From Hypanus sabinus (Eukaryota), in NCBI RefSeq assembly GCF_030144855.1, contig NC_082712.1, forward strand, positions 143,344,001 to 143,408,000: a stretch of 64,000 nucleotides of DNA, given 5' to 3'. Under the pieces are notes generated by a model, which had not been told where the DNA came from, did not search any database, and worked only from the letters and a program-made list of their open reading frames with translations. Positions 40,001 to 52,000 of the stretch are shown here, in pieces (within the stretch, counting starts at the first letter, position 1; each line of letters starts with the position of its first letter). A program made the translations under genes and the position numbers.

Positions 40001-43000
40001 GACCTAATGGCCTACTTTCATACTCTTGAAGCCATCATGATTCAACTCTTACGACTAGTAAAATGAAACAAAACTGGATATTCACCATTCAGACCTTTAA
40101 ATGGTGATGCTATTTTGGGGCACTTTGGTAAGTGAATGCAAGGTTAGTCCCCAATTACTTGCATCAGAGCTACTGCACCATAATCATGTAGTGGTATACT
40201 GCATAAGTATACAGTACATGTGCTGAAAACTGCCCAGCAGATAATTGGAACCCAATTGCCCACTATTGAGAACATGACCATAAACGCTAACCATGGACTT
40301 TTTACTCTCCTCCCATCCGGTAGGTGTTACAGGAGCCTCCGCTCCTGCACCAGCAGGCACAGGAAGAGCTTCTTCCCTGAGGCTGTGACCCTGCTGAACC
40401 TCACATCACAGCGCTAAGCAGCACTGCACCCATATTGTACTGTCTCAGTACTTTTATATTTGGGTGCTGTAACACTTAACTTTTTATTCACAGTTCTTTT
40501 GTAAATCACACTATTCTTTGCGTTTCTGGTTAGATGCTAACTGCATTTCATTGACTTTCTGTACTCGGCACAATGACAATAAAGTTGTATCTAATCTAAA
40601 AGAACAAAAATTATTTTTACAATGTACTAATACTGAACCAAAGGACAGCTAATGTAGAATCAAACAAAATTTTCTTTAGATCTCAGTAACACCAGCATAG
40701 TGTAGATTTGCTATCACCATTTGTATTCTCATTCATTTTTTCCCAAATCTGTAATTCAAATGGAACAATAAAGATAAAATAAGGACAATCATATCTTTAA
40801 TAAGGAAAATGGTCATATATGTTAGTAATTTTTCAAATTGGAGATCATACCTTGCAGAGGATCTCTGGTCTCAATTCCAGTTATCACTTTTCCAGGACCA
40901 TATCTGTTTCCATCTGATTCCCAAGGTGCTAATACATAATCACCAGGGACCACAGAATGCCTCATTCCTTCATTGTACTGAATAATGTCATATAATGCAG
41001 TCTCCTGCACAGAGATTTGACAGTTCCCATCTTGATCCATAGTAGATTTGTCAAACTCAATCAGGAATATTCCTTTCCTTATCTGTCAACAGGAAAATAA
41101 GCTATTTTACAGTATTTATTTTTATGCTGAAATTTGTTTGATTACCTTCTTTATGGAAAATAATATTCAACAGTCCATGGTTTAATACATTTGTACATTA
41201 TGTTATGAACTAATATGACTCCATTATGTGGTTCAGACTGCCACACAAATCCGTGTTTCTTTCACTCATGTCTTCACATCACAAGAGGTCACTCATTTGC
41301 TTTTTGTCGGTTCTGGAGTTGGGGTTTAGGACTATGCTAACTTATGTCAAAGCTGTGCCGTAAACACCAATGGCTTTAAGCCCAGTCACTTCAAGGTTTG
41401 ACATGTTGTCCATTCAGAAAAGTTCTTCTGCACACCACTGTTGTAACACGTGGTCATTTCAATTACTGTTGCCTTCCCGTCAGCTTGAACCAGTCTGGCC
41501 ATTCGCATCCAACCTCTCTCATTAACAAGGCATTTTCGCCCACGGAAATGCCACTCACTGGTTGTTTTTATTTTATTATTTACACCATTCTCTGTAAACA
41601 CTAGTGACTGTCACAGGAGTTCAGCAGTTTCTGAGATACTCAAATTCAAACCACCCTGTCCGGCACCAACAACCATTCCATGGTCAAAGTCACTTAGATC
41701 ATTTCTTCACCATTCTTTTGTTTGGTCTGAACAACAACTGAACCTCTTGACCATGTCTGCATGCTTTCATGCATTGAGTTGCTGCCACTTATTTGGCTGA
41801 TTTGATCAATGCAATACTCAACAGATGTACAGGTGTACCAAATAAAGTGGCCACTGGTTGTTAAGAAAGCCTCTCATTGTAATTTGGTCTAACCCAACTT
41901 TTCCCTCACTCAACACCCATTGAAATACTTCTAATCAATAGTCACAGAAGCAATCAGGATCTTCTTGTGAGATGTGGGAAGGCAGAGAGATGTCCAGCAT
42001 CCCTGACAACTACACCTGCAAGAAGTGCATCCAGCTACGGAGTTGGAGCTGGATCCGGATGAACTCCGGATCATTCGGGAGGCTGAGGGGTTGATAAACA
42101 AGACTTACAGGGAGGTAGTTACACCCAAGGTTCAGGACACAGCTAACTGGGTGACCGTCAGGAGGGGAAAAGGAGATAGGTAGACAGTGCAGAGTACACC
42201 TTAACAAAAGATATACTACTTTTGTGAGGGTTTGGGGGGGGGGGGTGGACTAGCAGAAGAAAATTACAGCGGTCAGTTCTCTGGGACTGAGTCTGGCTCA
42301 GAAGGGAACGGGGAGGGGAAAAAGAGGTGAGCTGTAGTGATAGGAGATTCAGTGGTTAGGGCAACAGACAGGAGGTTCTGTTTTGCAAGAACGGGATTTC
42401 CATATGGTATTTTACCTCCTGGGTGCTAGGGTCAGGGACATCTCCGATCGAGTCCACATCATTCTTAAGTGGGAGGGTGAGCAGCCAGAGGTCATGGTAC
42501 ACGTCGGTACCAATGCCATGGCTAGGAGGCATGATGAGGTCCTGCAAAGTGAGTTCAGGGAGCTAAGTTAAAGGACAGGAATAACAGGGTTATGATCTCA
42601 GGATTGCTACCTGTGCCATATGCTAGTGAGACCAGAAAGAGGAAGATCATACAGTTTAACATGTGGCTAAGAAGATTATGCAGGAGGGAGGGTTTCAGAT
42701 TTTGGGATCATTGGACTCTCTTCCAGGGAAGGTGGGACCTGTACAGAGGGATGGTTTGCACCTGAACTGGAGAGGACTAGTGTGAAGGTTTGCTAATGCT
42801 CCACTAGAGTTTAAACTAGAGATGTAGTGAGATGGGAACCAGAGTGCCAGAATAGATAGTGGAGCAGTTGTGCAGAAAGATTTTATTAAGCCAACATACA
42901 AAGTCACGAATCTAAAGGTTGAGCATGCTGGGACTAATGTTGTGAGCTGTGTATATTTTAATGCAAGGAGTATTGTAGGAACGGTGGATGAGTTTAGGAC

Positions 43001-46000
43001 ATGGATTAGCATGTGGAATTATGACGTTATAGCCATCATCGAGACTAGGTTGCAGGAGGGACAGGACGGGAAGTTCACTGTTCCATGGTTCCATTGTTCT
43101 TGATGTGATAGAGTGTGAAAAAGTAAAGGGGGAGTTATGGCATTGCTCGTCAGAGGAAACGTCACTGCAGTACTCAGTCAGGGCAGACTGGAGAGCTCAC
43201 CTAGTGAGGCTTTATGATTAGAATTTAGGAATAAGAAAGGTATGACCATGTTAATAGGAGTACTTTATAAACTACCCAGAGGTCCATAGGATTTAGAAGA
43301 GCAAATTTGTGGGGAGATTCCAGACTGTTGCAAGAAACATAAGGTTGTGATAGTAGGTTATATCAACTGGGACTCACATAATGTAAAAGGCCTGGATGGG
43401 AAAGAGCTTGATAAATGTGTTCAGGAAAGTTTCCTAATCAGTACATAGAAGTCCCAACTAGGGAGAGTGTGATACTAGATCAGCTGTTAGGGAATGACAC
43501 AGGCCAGGCGACAAAAGTTTGTGTAGGGGAACACTTTACATCTAGTGATCATAGTGCCATTAGTTTCAAGGTGATTATGGACAAGGAAAGGTCTGGTCCT
43601 TGGACAGAGATTTAAATTAGAAAAAGACTGATTTTGATGGTATCAGAAAGGATCTGGCAAGTCTGGATTGGATCAGGGTGTTTTTTTGGCAAAGGTGTAC
43701 TTGATAACTGGGAGGCCTTGAAAAGTGAAATTCTGAGAGTACAGACTTTGTAATTTCCTGTAATAAAAGGCAAGGATAACTGGTTTAAAGAGCCTTGATT
43801 TCTGAGAGATATGGAGGCCTTGGTTAAGAAGTAGAAGGAGATGCAGAGCAGGTAGGTAGAAACAACTTAAGGAGTATAAGGATTGCAAGAGAATACTTTA
43901 GAAGGAAATTAGGACAGCTAAAAGATAGCATGAGGGGCTAGCAGGCAAAGTTAAGAAGAATCCTAAGGGCTTCTTCAACAGATATATTGTACTAAGAGCA
44001 AAAGGACAGGAAGGGACAAAATGAATTCTCTGTAAGATCAGAGAGTAATCTATGTATGGAATGGAGAGAGATAGGAGAGATATTAAAAGGAATTTTTGCA
44101 CCTGTTTTTACTCGGGAGATGGACACAGAGTCTATTAGAAGTGAGGCAAAGCAGCAGCGAGGTCACAGACCCTATACAGATTACTGGGGAGGTGATGTTT
44201 GCTGTCCTGAGGCAGATTAGGGTGGATAAATCCCCAGGGCCTGACAAGGTATTCCCTTGGACCCTATGGGAGGCTAGTGCAGAAATTGCAGGGATCCTAG
44301 GAGAGAAACATCCTTAGCCACTGGTGAGGCACTGGAGTATTGGAGGATAGATAATGTTGTTTCATTGTTTAAGAAAGGCTCTAAGAATAAACCAAGGAAT
44401 TATAGGCCAGTGAGCCTGCCAACAGTAGTGGGAAAGTTATTGGAAGGTATTCTAAGGATTGGATATACAAGTATTTGGATGAACAGGGTATGACTGGGGA
44501 TAATCAATATGGCTTTGTGTGTGATAGGTCATTTCTAACCAATCTCAGAGATTTTCAAGGAATTTACCAGGAAACTTGGTGAAGGCAAGGCAGTGGATGA
44601 TGTCTACATGGACATTTGACAAGGTTCTGCATGGGAGGTTGGTCGTGAAGGTTCAGTCGCTCAGCATTCAAGATGAGGTAGTAAATTGGATTAGACATTG
44701 GCTTCACGGGAGAAGTCAGAAAGTGGTAGTAGATGGTTGCCTGTCTGACTGAGGGCCTTTGACTAGTGGTGTGCTGCAGGGGTCAGTGTTGGGTCCATTG
44801 TTGTTTATCATCTATGTCAATGATCTGGATGATAATGTGATAAACTGGATCAGCAGATTTGCAGCTGACACAAAGATTGTGGGTGAGTGGACAGTGAGGA
44901 AGACTATCAATGGTAATCTACTCATGGAGCAGAAAGAAATAGGAGAGATCTTAAATGGATCCTTTGCGTCTGTATTTACTTGGCAGACAGGCACAGACTC
45001 TACAGAAGCGAGCCAAAGTAGCAACTACTGATTACAAAGCAGGAGGTTTTTGCTGTTTTGAGGCAAATTCCCAGGACCTGACAAGGCTTTTCCTCAGACC
45101 CTGTGGGAGGCAAGTGCAGAATTGCAGAGGCCCCAGCAGAGATATTTAAATTATTCTTAGTGACAGGTGAAGTACCGTATGATTGGAGGATAGCTAATGT
45201 TGTTCTGCTGTTTAAGAAAGGATTTGAAAATAAACCAGAAAACTATAGACTGGTGAGCCTAACATCAGTAGTGGGAAAGTTACTGGAAAGTGTTCTTAGG
45301 GACCAGATATATGAGTATTTGCATAGACAGGGACTGAGTAGGGTTAGTCAGCATGTATTTGTGTGTGATACGTCATGTCTAACCACACTTAGAGTTTATT
45401 TTTGAAGAAATTACCAGGAAACTTGATGAAGACAAGTCAGTGAATGTTGTCTACATAGACCTTAGCAAGGCCTTTGACAAGGTTCCCCATGGGAGGTTGG
45501 TCAAGAAGGTTCATTTGCTTGGCATTCAAGTGGAGATTAGTGGCTTTGTGGGAGAAGCCAGAGAGTGGTAGTAGATTGTTGTGTGCAGGGATCAGTGCTG
45601 GGTCCATTGTTGTTTGTCATCTATATCAATGATCTGGATGATAATGTGATAAATTGAATCAACAAATTTGCAGATGATACTAGGATGCTATGATTGGCGA
45701 GATAAGGACAGCAAATAAGATGATCAATGCTTGCAGTGAGATCTGGACCAGCTAGAAAAATAGGCTGAAAAATGGCATGTGGAATGTAATGCAGATAGGT
45801 GTGAGATGTCGCACTTTGAGAGGACAACCAGGGTCGGTATTACACAGTGAGTGGTAAGACACTGAGGAATGTGAGGCATAATTTGGAGTATTCTGTACAT
45901 TTTTATTCACCTACCTATAGGAAAGATTTAAATAAGATTGAAAGAGTACAGAGAAGATGTACAAGGATGTTGCCGGGACTTGAAGACCTGAGTTAGGACT

Positions 46001-49000
46001 TTATCCCTTAGAACACAGAAGATTGATGGGAGATTTGAAGGATAGATAAAATTATGAAGGGTATAGATAGGGTAAATGCAACAGGCTTTTTCCACTGAAG
46101 TTGTGTGGGACTACAACTAGAGGCCATAGGTTAAAGATGAAAGCTGAAATATTTAAGGGGATAACTTGAGTGGAAATTTCTTCACTCAGTGGGTGGTGGG
46201 AGTAAGGAGTGAAGTGTGGATGCAGGTTTGATTTCAGCATTTAAGAGAAGTTTGTAGAGTCATTCAGGGGAGGGGTAAGGAGGGATATGATCTGGGTGCA
46301 GATCAATGGGACTAGGCAGATTAATGGTTCAGTAAGGAGCAGATGGGCCAATCAGCTTGTTTCTGTGCTGTAGTGTTCAATGAATCTCCTATGACTCCAG
46401 GATCATTTCTACCATTTGTGGCATTAATGGCAGCATATTTCAACACTATCACATCAGCTAGCCAAACAGAACTCAGCAATTCGTTTCAAAGCTGCACCAT
46501 TTTCAATAGGTTGCATTTCCTCCTGTAAAAGTGATTAATGGCATGCAAATACTTCAGTGGTATCATTGTTATATTGAAAAATCAATATCGAACAGCATGT
46601 AAAGAATGATAGCAAGTTTAGAACTTAACCCTTATCGGTAAATAACAATGACAAGAAATCAGCCAGAACTGTGAAAATTAGTAGATACTATTCCTACATC
46701 ATATAAATGATGAAACTAAAATTCCACTACACCTCTTGCTTGATTGTGCCCAGGTAAAAGAAGCCATCAGACTCTCGCCTTGCAAGGACAGTAGCTTCAA
46801 AAGTCAAGTGACTTGATCCAAGAGGTCCCACATATGGATCAGTATATTTGCAGATACTACTGGGAAAGATAACAGTGAAAACTCTAAATTCATTTTAGTA
46901 AACAGTGCTTACTAATAATACTTTGAGGAATTGGAAAGTGACAATGAATTATAGTATTTCATAACCAGCTTATCCTCCATGCAATGACAGACAGCAATGA
47001 AGATACATTCATATATAAAGAGTGGATGAAAAGGTGTAATTTAGAGAGGATAATGCAACATACATAAGCTTCAGAATTAGCAGCAATTGTTATAGCTTAG
47101 TGAATCATTTGATCCCATGCTGACTAATAACCCTTGACCCTGTTCTCCATCTCGCAGCTCTGTATATTAAAATAAAGCAAAAATCCCACGGAAAATAGCC
47201 ATAATAAAAGACATAAGCAGAATTCAACTACTATAATGTTATGTCTAACAGTAAGAAAAACATAATCAACAATGGCCATCTTAGAATCAGCTAAAGTAGC
47301 TTAAACACATATTCGAAAAAAAGGAATAAATCCAAGCAAATAATATTACAAACAATATTCTTTCTCTCGAAAAAGAAAAGTAAATGAGTATATACATATA
47401 TATATATAACAGACCTAAAACTATAAGTATTGAATCAAATAAAAGAAATAAAAAGATTAATACACAACAGGTAATATTAAGGTGTAATTTAGAGAGGATA
47501 ATGCAACATACATAAGCTTCAGAATTAGCAGCAATCGTGATAGCTTAGTGAATCATTTGTCCCCATTTTTAGTAATATTGCCAAAATGTCAAAGCTGCTT
47601 AGAACTAGCAAAACCTATACAGTATAGTCTCGGCTAATTTAAAATTTTAATGAATCTAGGAAATATTTAGTACAACAGTAGTAAGTTACATCTGGCTAAT
47701 GTGTATTTAATAAAAGGACATCTAAATACTTAACATCCAGTAAGTACTCAGGATAACAAGTTTAACAAGTTAAGAGTCTGATGAGTAAAACACAGCACTC
47801 AGAGTGTGAAACTTTAAATTAAAACGAATTATATTCATCGAGAGGAGAAGGGCATCACTGACATAGCCAATACGTACTGCTTAGTTGTTCATGAGAAATG
47901 TCGTGCTGAACTCACATTTTGTAAAACCACCAAAGTGCAACTCAGTGAAAAGATAAGTTGCCAATGAACTTGAATATACAATAACATTTTAAAAAGGAGC
48001 ACAGACTCCTTTGACCTGGAGCTTCTTAAGTAAAATCTTCCCTTTGGAATATATTGAGTCCCTGCAAGTATCATTGACAAGATCAGCTACATAAATACTG
48101 TGGCTACAACAGCAGATCAGAAGCTGGTTATCCTGTGGTATTGTGGCTCATCTCCTGACTCAACTGTGTATGTTTTTGTTATTTCAAAGCTGGACAACAA
48201 GGAGTATGAATGGAGTGCTCTTTATGTGCCTGCATTTGTATATCAAAGTGAGATGATTGGATTCCTTTTAACGAATGCTACTTCCCACTTCTCAGGCCAT
48301 GCCCAATTGTTGTCCTGTCATTACTGCCGGCATTTTGTAAGCAATTTTCCTGGAAATTATGGAGGCAGGAGCAAAGGCACAATCTAAACAAAGAGATGGA
48401 TGAAAAACATAAGGTGTAATTTGAAGAGGAAATAGCCTAATGATTTGCTGAAAGGAAACATTGTGCAATCATCCTCAATTTGTCCTTAATGCTGTATTTT
48501 ATAATCGAACCATTCTATTAAATATCCAATTAATCACTTCAATAATGTAATAGTCCACTAAAAACAATCAGTTATTATCATTATTAGGGTGAATGAATTT
48601 TCTTCATCATTTATTGCAATAGAGGGATATTTTAATAATATTGTCTCAAAATAAGTCATAAAGCAAATTGTGCTCTAGATCCTAATGCACCATGTAACAT
48701 TACAAAATATGGAGTGATGTAGAATTAAGTTTGTTAAGTTTTACAATTATTATCAACATTTTAGGATAATGAATACATATATTTTAATCAAACATGCAGA
48801 GAAAAAGCTCACCTAGTATAATCTCTCGGACTGTACGCATTCACTGGATGCAAATAGAAAACTGTGTCAGAACACCCTGCCCGGGAGTCAATAAATGGAC
48901 TTTTATCCAGCGGAGTCGTGACACTGCAGTATTTCACATCTGAGTATAGAGGCCCAGAGATTGAGTGGTCTGCAGGATAAATAGGAATCACCTGTGCAAC

Positions 49001-52000
49001 AGTAAATATATCTTCAGACTCTCTGACAAAGCAGACATATTCCTCACAATATTTAGAGTCAGAGTCAAACAGCATGGGAAGAGGTCCTTCAGCCTAACTC
49101 ATCTGAGCCAACTGTGTTGTTCAATGAGCTAGTCCCATTTGACCCACAGCCCTCTAAACACCTCCTATCCACGTAGTACTTTCCTGGTTGGTTTTAAATT
49201 TTGCTAATGTGACCAGTTCAACCACAATTTCTAGCAGCTCATTCCAAATCCTCTGTGTGAAGGCTTCTGCAATGTCACTTTTACTTTGGAGGGAAGATTC
49301 CAGCTGAAAATTATCAACCGATAATGAACTGTTCAGTTCAAACTTTAGTCCAATTCTCCAGCTCTTCCCCTATCTTTTCGGTTTTTCCTCCTTCAAGTAT
49401 CTGTCTAGTTTCTTTTTAAAAGGCACCCCTGGTATTCCAATCTAGATCATGTCACATGCAAAGTATGAAAGAACAAAGTAAATTTACTACCAAAGTACAC
49501 ATATGTCACCAGATACAACCCTGAGATTCATTTTCTTCTGGGAATTCACAGAAACAGAAAAAACAGAATAGAATCAATGAAAGACTGCACCCAACAGAAC
49601 AGGCAGACAATGAGCAAAAGACAACAAACTGTGAAATTGTGCAAATACACAAGTAAAATCAATCAATCAATAATTAAATAAGCAATAAATATTGAAAGCA
49701 TGAGATGAAAAATCCTTGAAAGTGTATCTATAGCTTGAGGGAACAGTTTAGTGATGGGGCAACTGAAGTTGAGTGAAGTTATCCCCATTGGTTCAAGAGC
49801 CTTATGGTTGAGGGGTAATAACTGCTTCTAAAGCTGGTGGTGCAGGTCCTGAGGGTCCTGTACCTTCTTCCTGATGGCAGCAGTGAGAAGAGAACATGGC
49901 CGGGATGGTGGGGGCGGGGGGGTCCTTAATGATGGCAGTGCTTTCCTGGGAAAATGCTCCATGTAGATGTGTTCAATGGTGGGGAGGGCTTTACCCCTGA
50001 TGGACTGGGCCACATCCACACTTCTTGTAGGCTTTTCCATTCAAGGGCATTGGTGCTTCCTCATCCAGCCATAAGGCAATCAGTCAATGTACTCTCCACC
50101 ACACATGTATAAAAGCTTGTCAAAGTTTTAGATGACATGTCAAATTTTTGTAAACATCCAAGAAAGTAGAGGTATTGCTGTGCTTTCTTTGTATTATGTG
50201 CTGATGTTTTCCCTCATGTAATTCTTATTATGTCTTCCAATTCTTATCCCTCTGCCAATGAGAACAATTTCAAAATTTTCACTAACTTATTTAAAAGTGT
50301 TCTTGCTGAGTCATAATGCTTTAATAATGTTGCTGTAAAGACTGTAAAACATGACATATATGTAATTGGTGTAAAGCCACAAGGAAAATATATCAGACAA
50401 TTACATCAAACATAATGCCAATTGCAAATGTATTGAAAGAGAATTAAGTTTAAAACTTGTTGAGTTTGGACTGTGCTTCTGTGGTGAACGTTGGGAACAG
50501 ACGGATGTCCTTCACATACCTGAGTAAAAATCTTTATGTTATGTGTCCATCTAAATGTGCAATATGCAATTTATAGTCATTTATAACAAATGGTGTGTAC
50601 ACCAGGACAGACAATATAACATAGAAATACAATTGTATCAGCATGAATTAGTCAGTCTAATGGCCTGGTGGAAGAAGCTGTCTCTGAGCCTGTTGGTCCT
50701 GGTTTTTATGCTGTGATACTGTTTCCAGGATGGTAGCAGCTGGAACAGTTTGTAGTTGGGGTGACTCGGATCCCCAGTGATCCTTTGGGCCCTCTGATTG
50801 CTGTGTGGTTAACCCTAAGAAGTGCTTAGTTTGATAGGTCACTGGTTATTAGCGGAAAGAAAGATATGGGATTATGGCAGGAAAGTTAAATTGAAGTTAA
50901 GGATTAGTTTTGATCTTGTTGAATGGTGGGGCAGGGGTTGAACGGCCAAATGTTACTTCAACTTCTTTCTTTTGTGTAGGTTTCACAGTGAATGTGAGCA
51001 AGATACCAGGGAACAGGCAATATGCTGAGTTACTTCTGGTGGGGTGAAAGAAGTCAAACATGTGCAAGAGATTGTAATTATAAGACTGCAGAGCTCCTGA
51101 AGCATTGGACTGGTGGAGGGATTATACTGAGAATTTCCGACTGGACCATTCAAAAAAGTCAGCATGCCATTATTTACCAGAGATCAAAAATGATTATTAC
51201 ATTTTTATTGCACAATTATTTCCAATTAAGTTTTGAAAACACTCAGCAGCCTGTTTTTTCATATTATAGTGTCCAATATGCTATAATTCACAGCATATAA
51301 TAATTTGTTTTCCTTGAGATTTCAGTTAATAAACAGACTGAGGTTCTGTAGTTTCCTTAAAGCCATTTATTCTAAGATTTAACGCTACTGTTGTAATTCA
51401 AACTTTGCTTTGCTAGTCACAGCTGAACTCTGTACACTTGAAAGCATTCCTGAAGGATTTAAAATTTCATGCATGTAAGTTGATCTTAAAACGGTGACAG
51501 ATATGTTTTCCACATAGTTATTTAATTTCCATTTGTTACCTGTTTGATTGCTCCACAGTGGTTGAGCCTAATGAGATGAGCACTGCCCTGGGTGGCCCTG
51601 CTGATTCCCTGCAGGAACTCTCGCATTTCACTGTCCAGCCATTTTTCAGACAAGTAGAAGGTGTGTATTGGCCGACCGCGGGATATGTATGGCAGCACGT
51701 GCAAAATATCCTTTAAGGCATTGTCAGGTAGACCATTTGTCACCAAGTAGATAGCCTGGCATAATGGGTCACTGAATGCAGCTGTTAATGCACTGAGCAG
51801 ATCCCTGCCCAGTGCACAGGTGAGAGACTGAAGCCATTGCACTGCACTGGACACAGTCTGTGGAGTACATACTACCACACGGTCACACCACTTGGATACC
51901 TACATGAAAGGAGACGGCATTAGATATCTGTAAAATCATACAATAGTTACACACAGAGGGAGGCCATTCAGCCCATCATGAATGCACCAGGGATGTTCTC

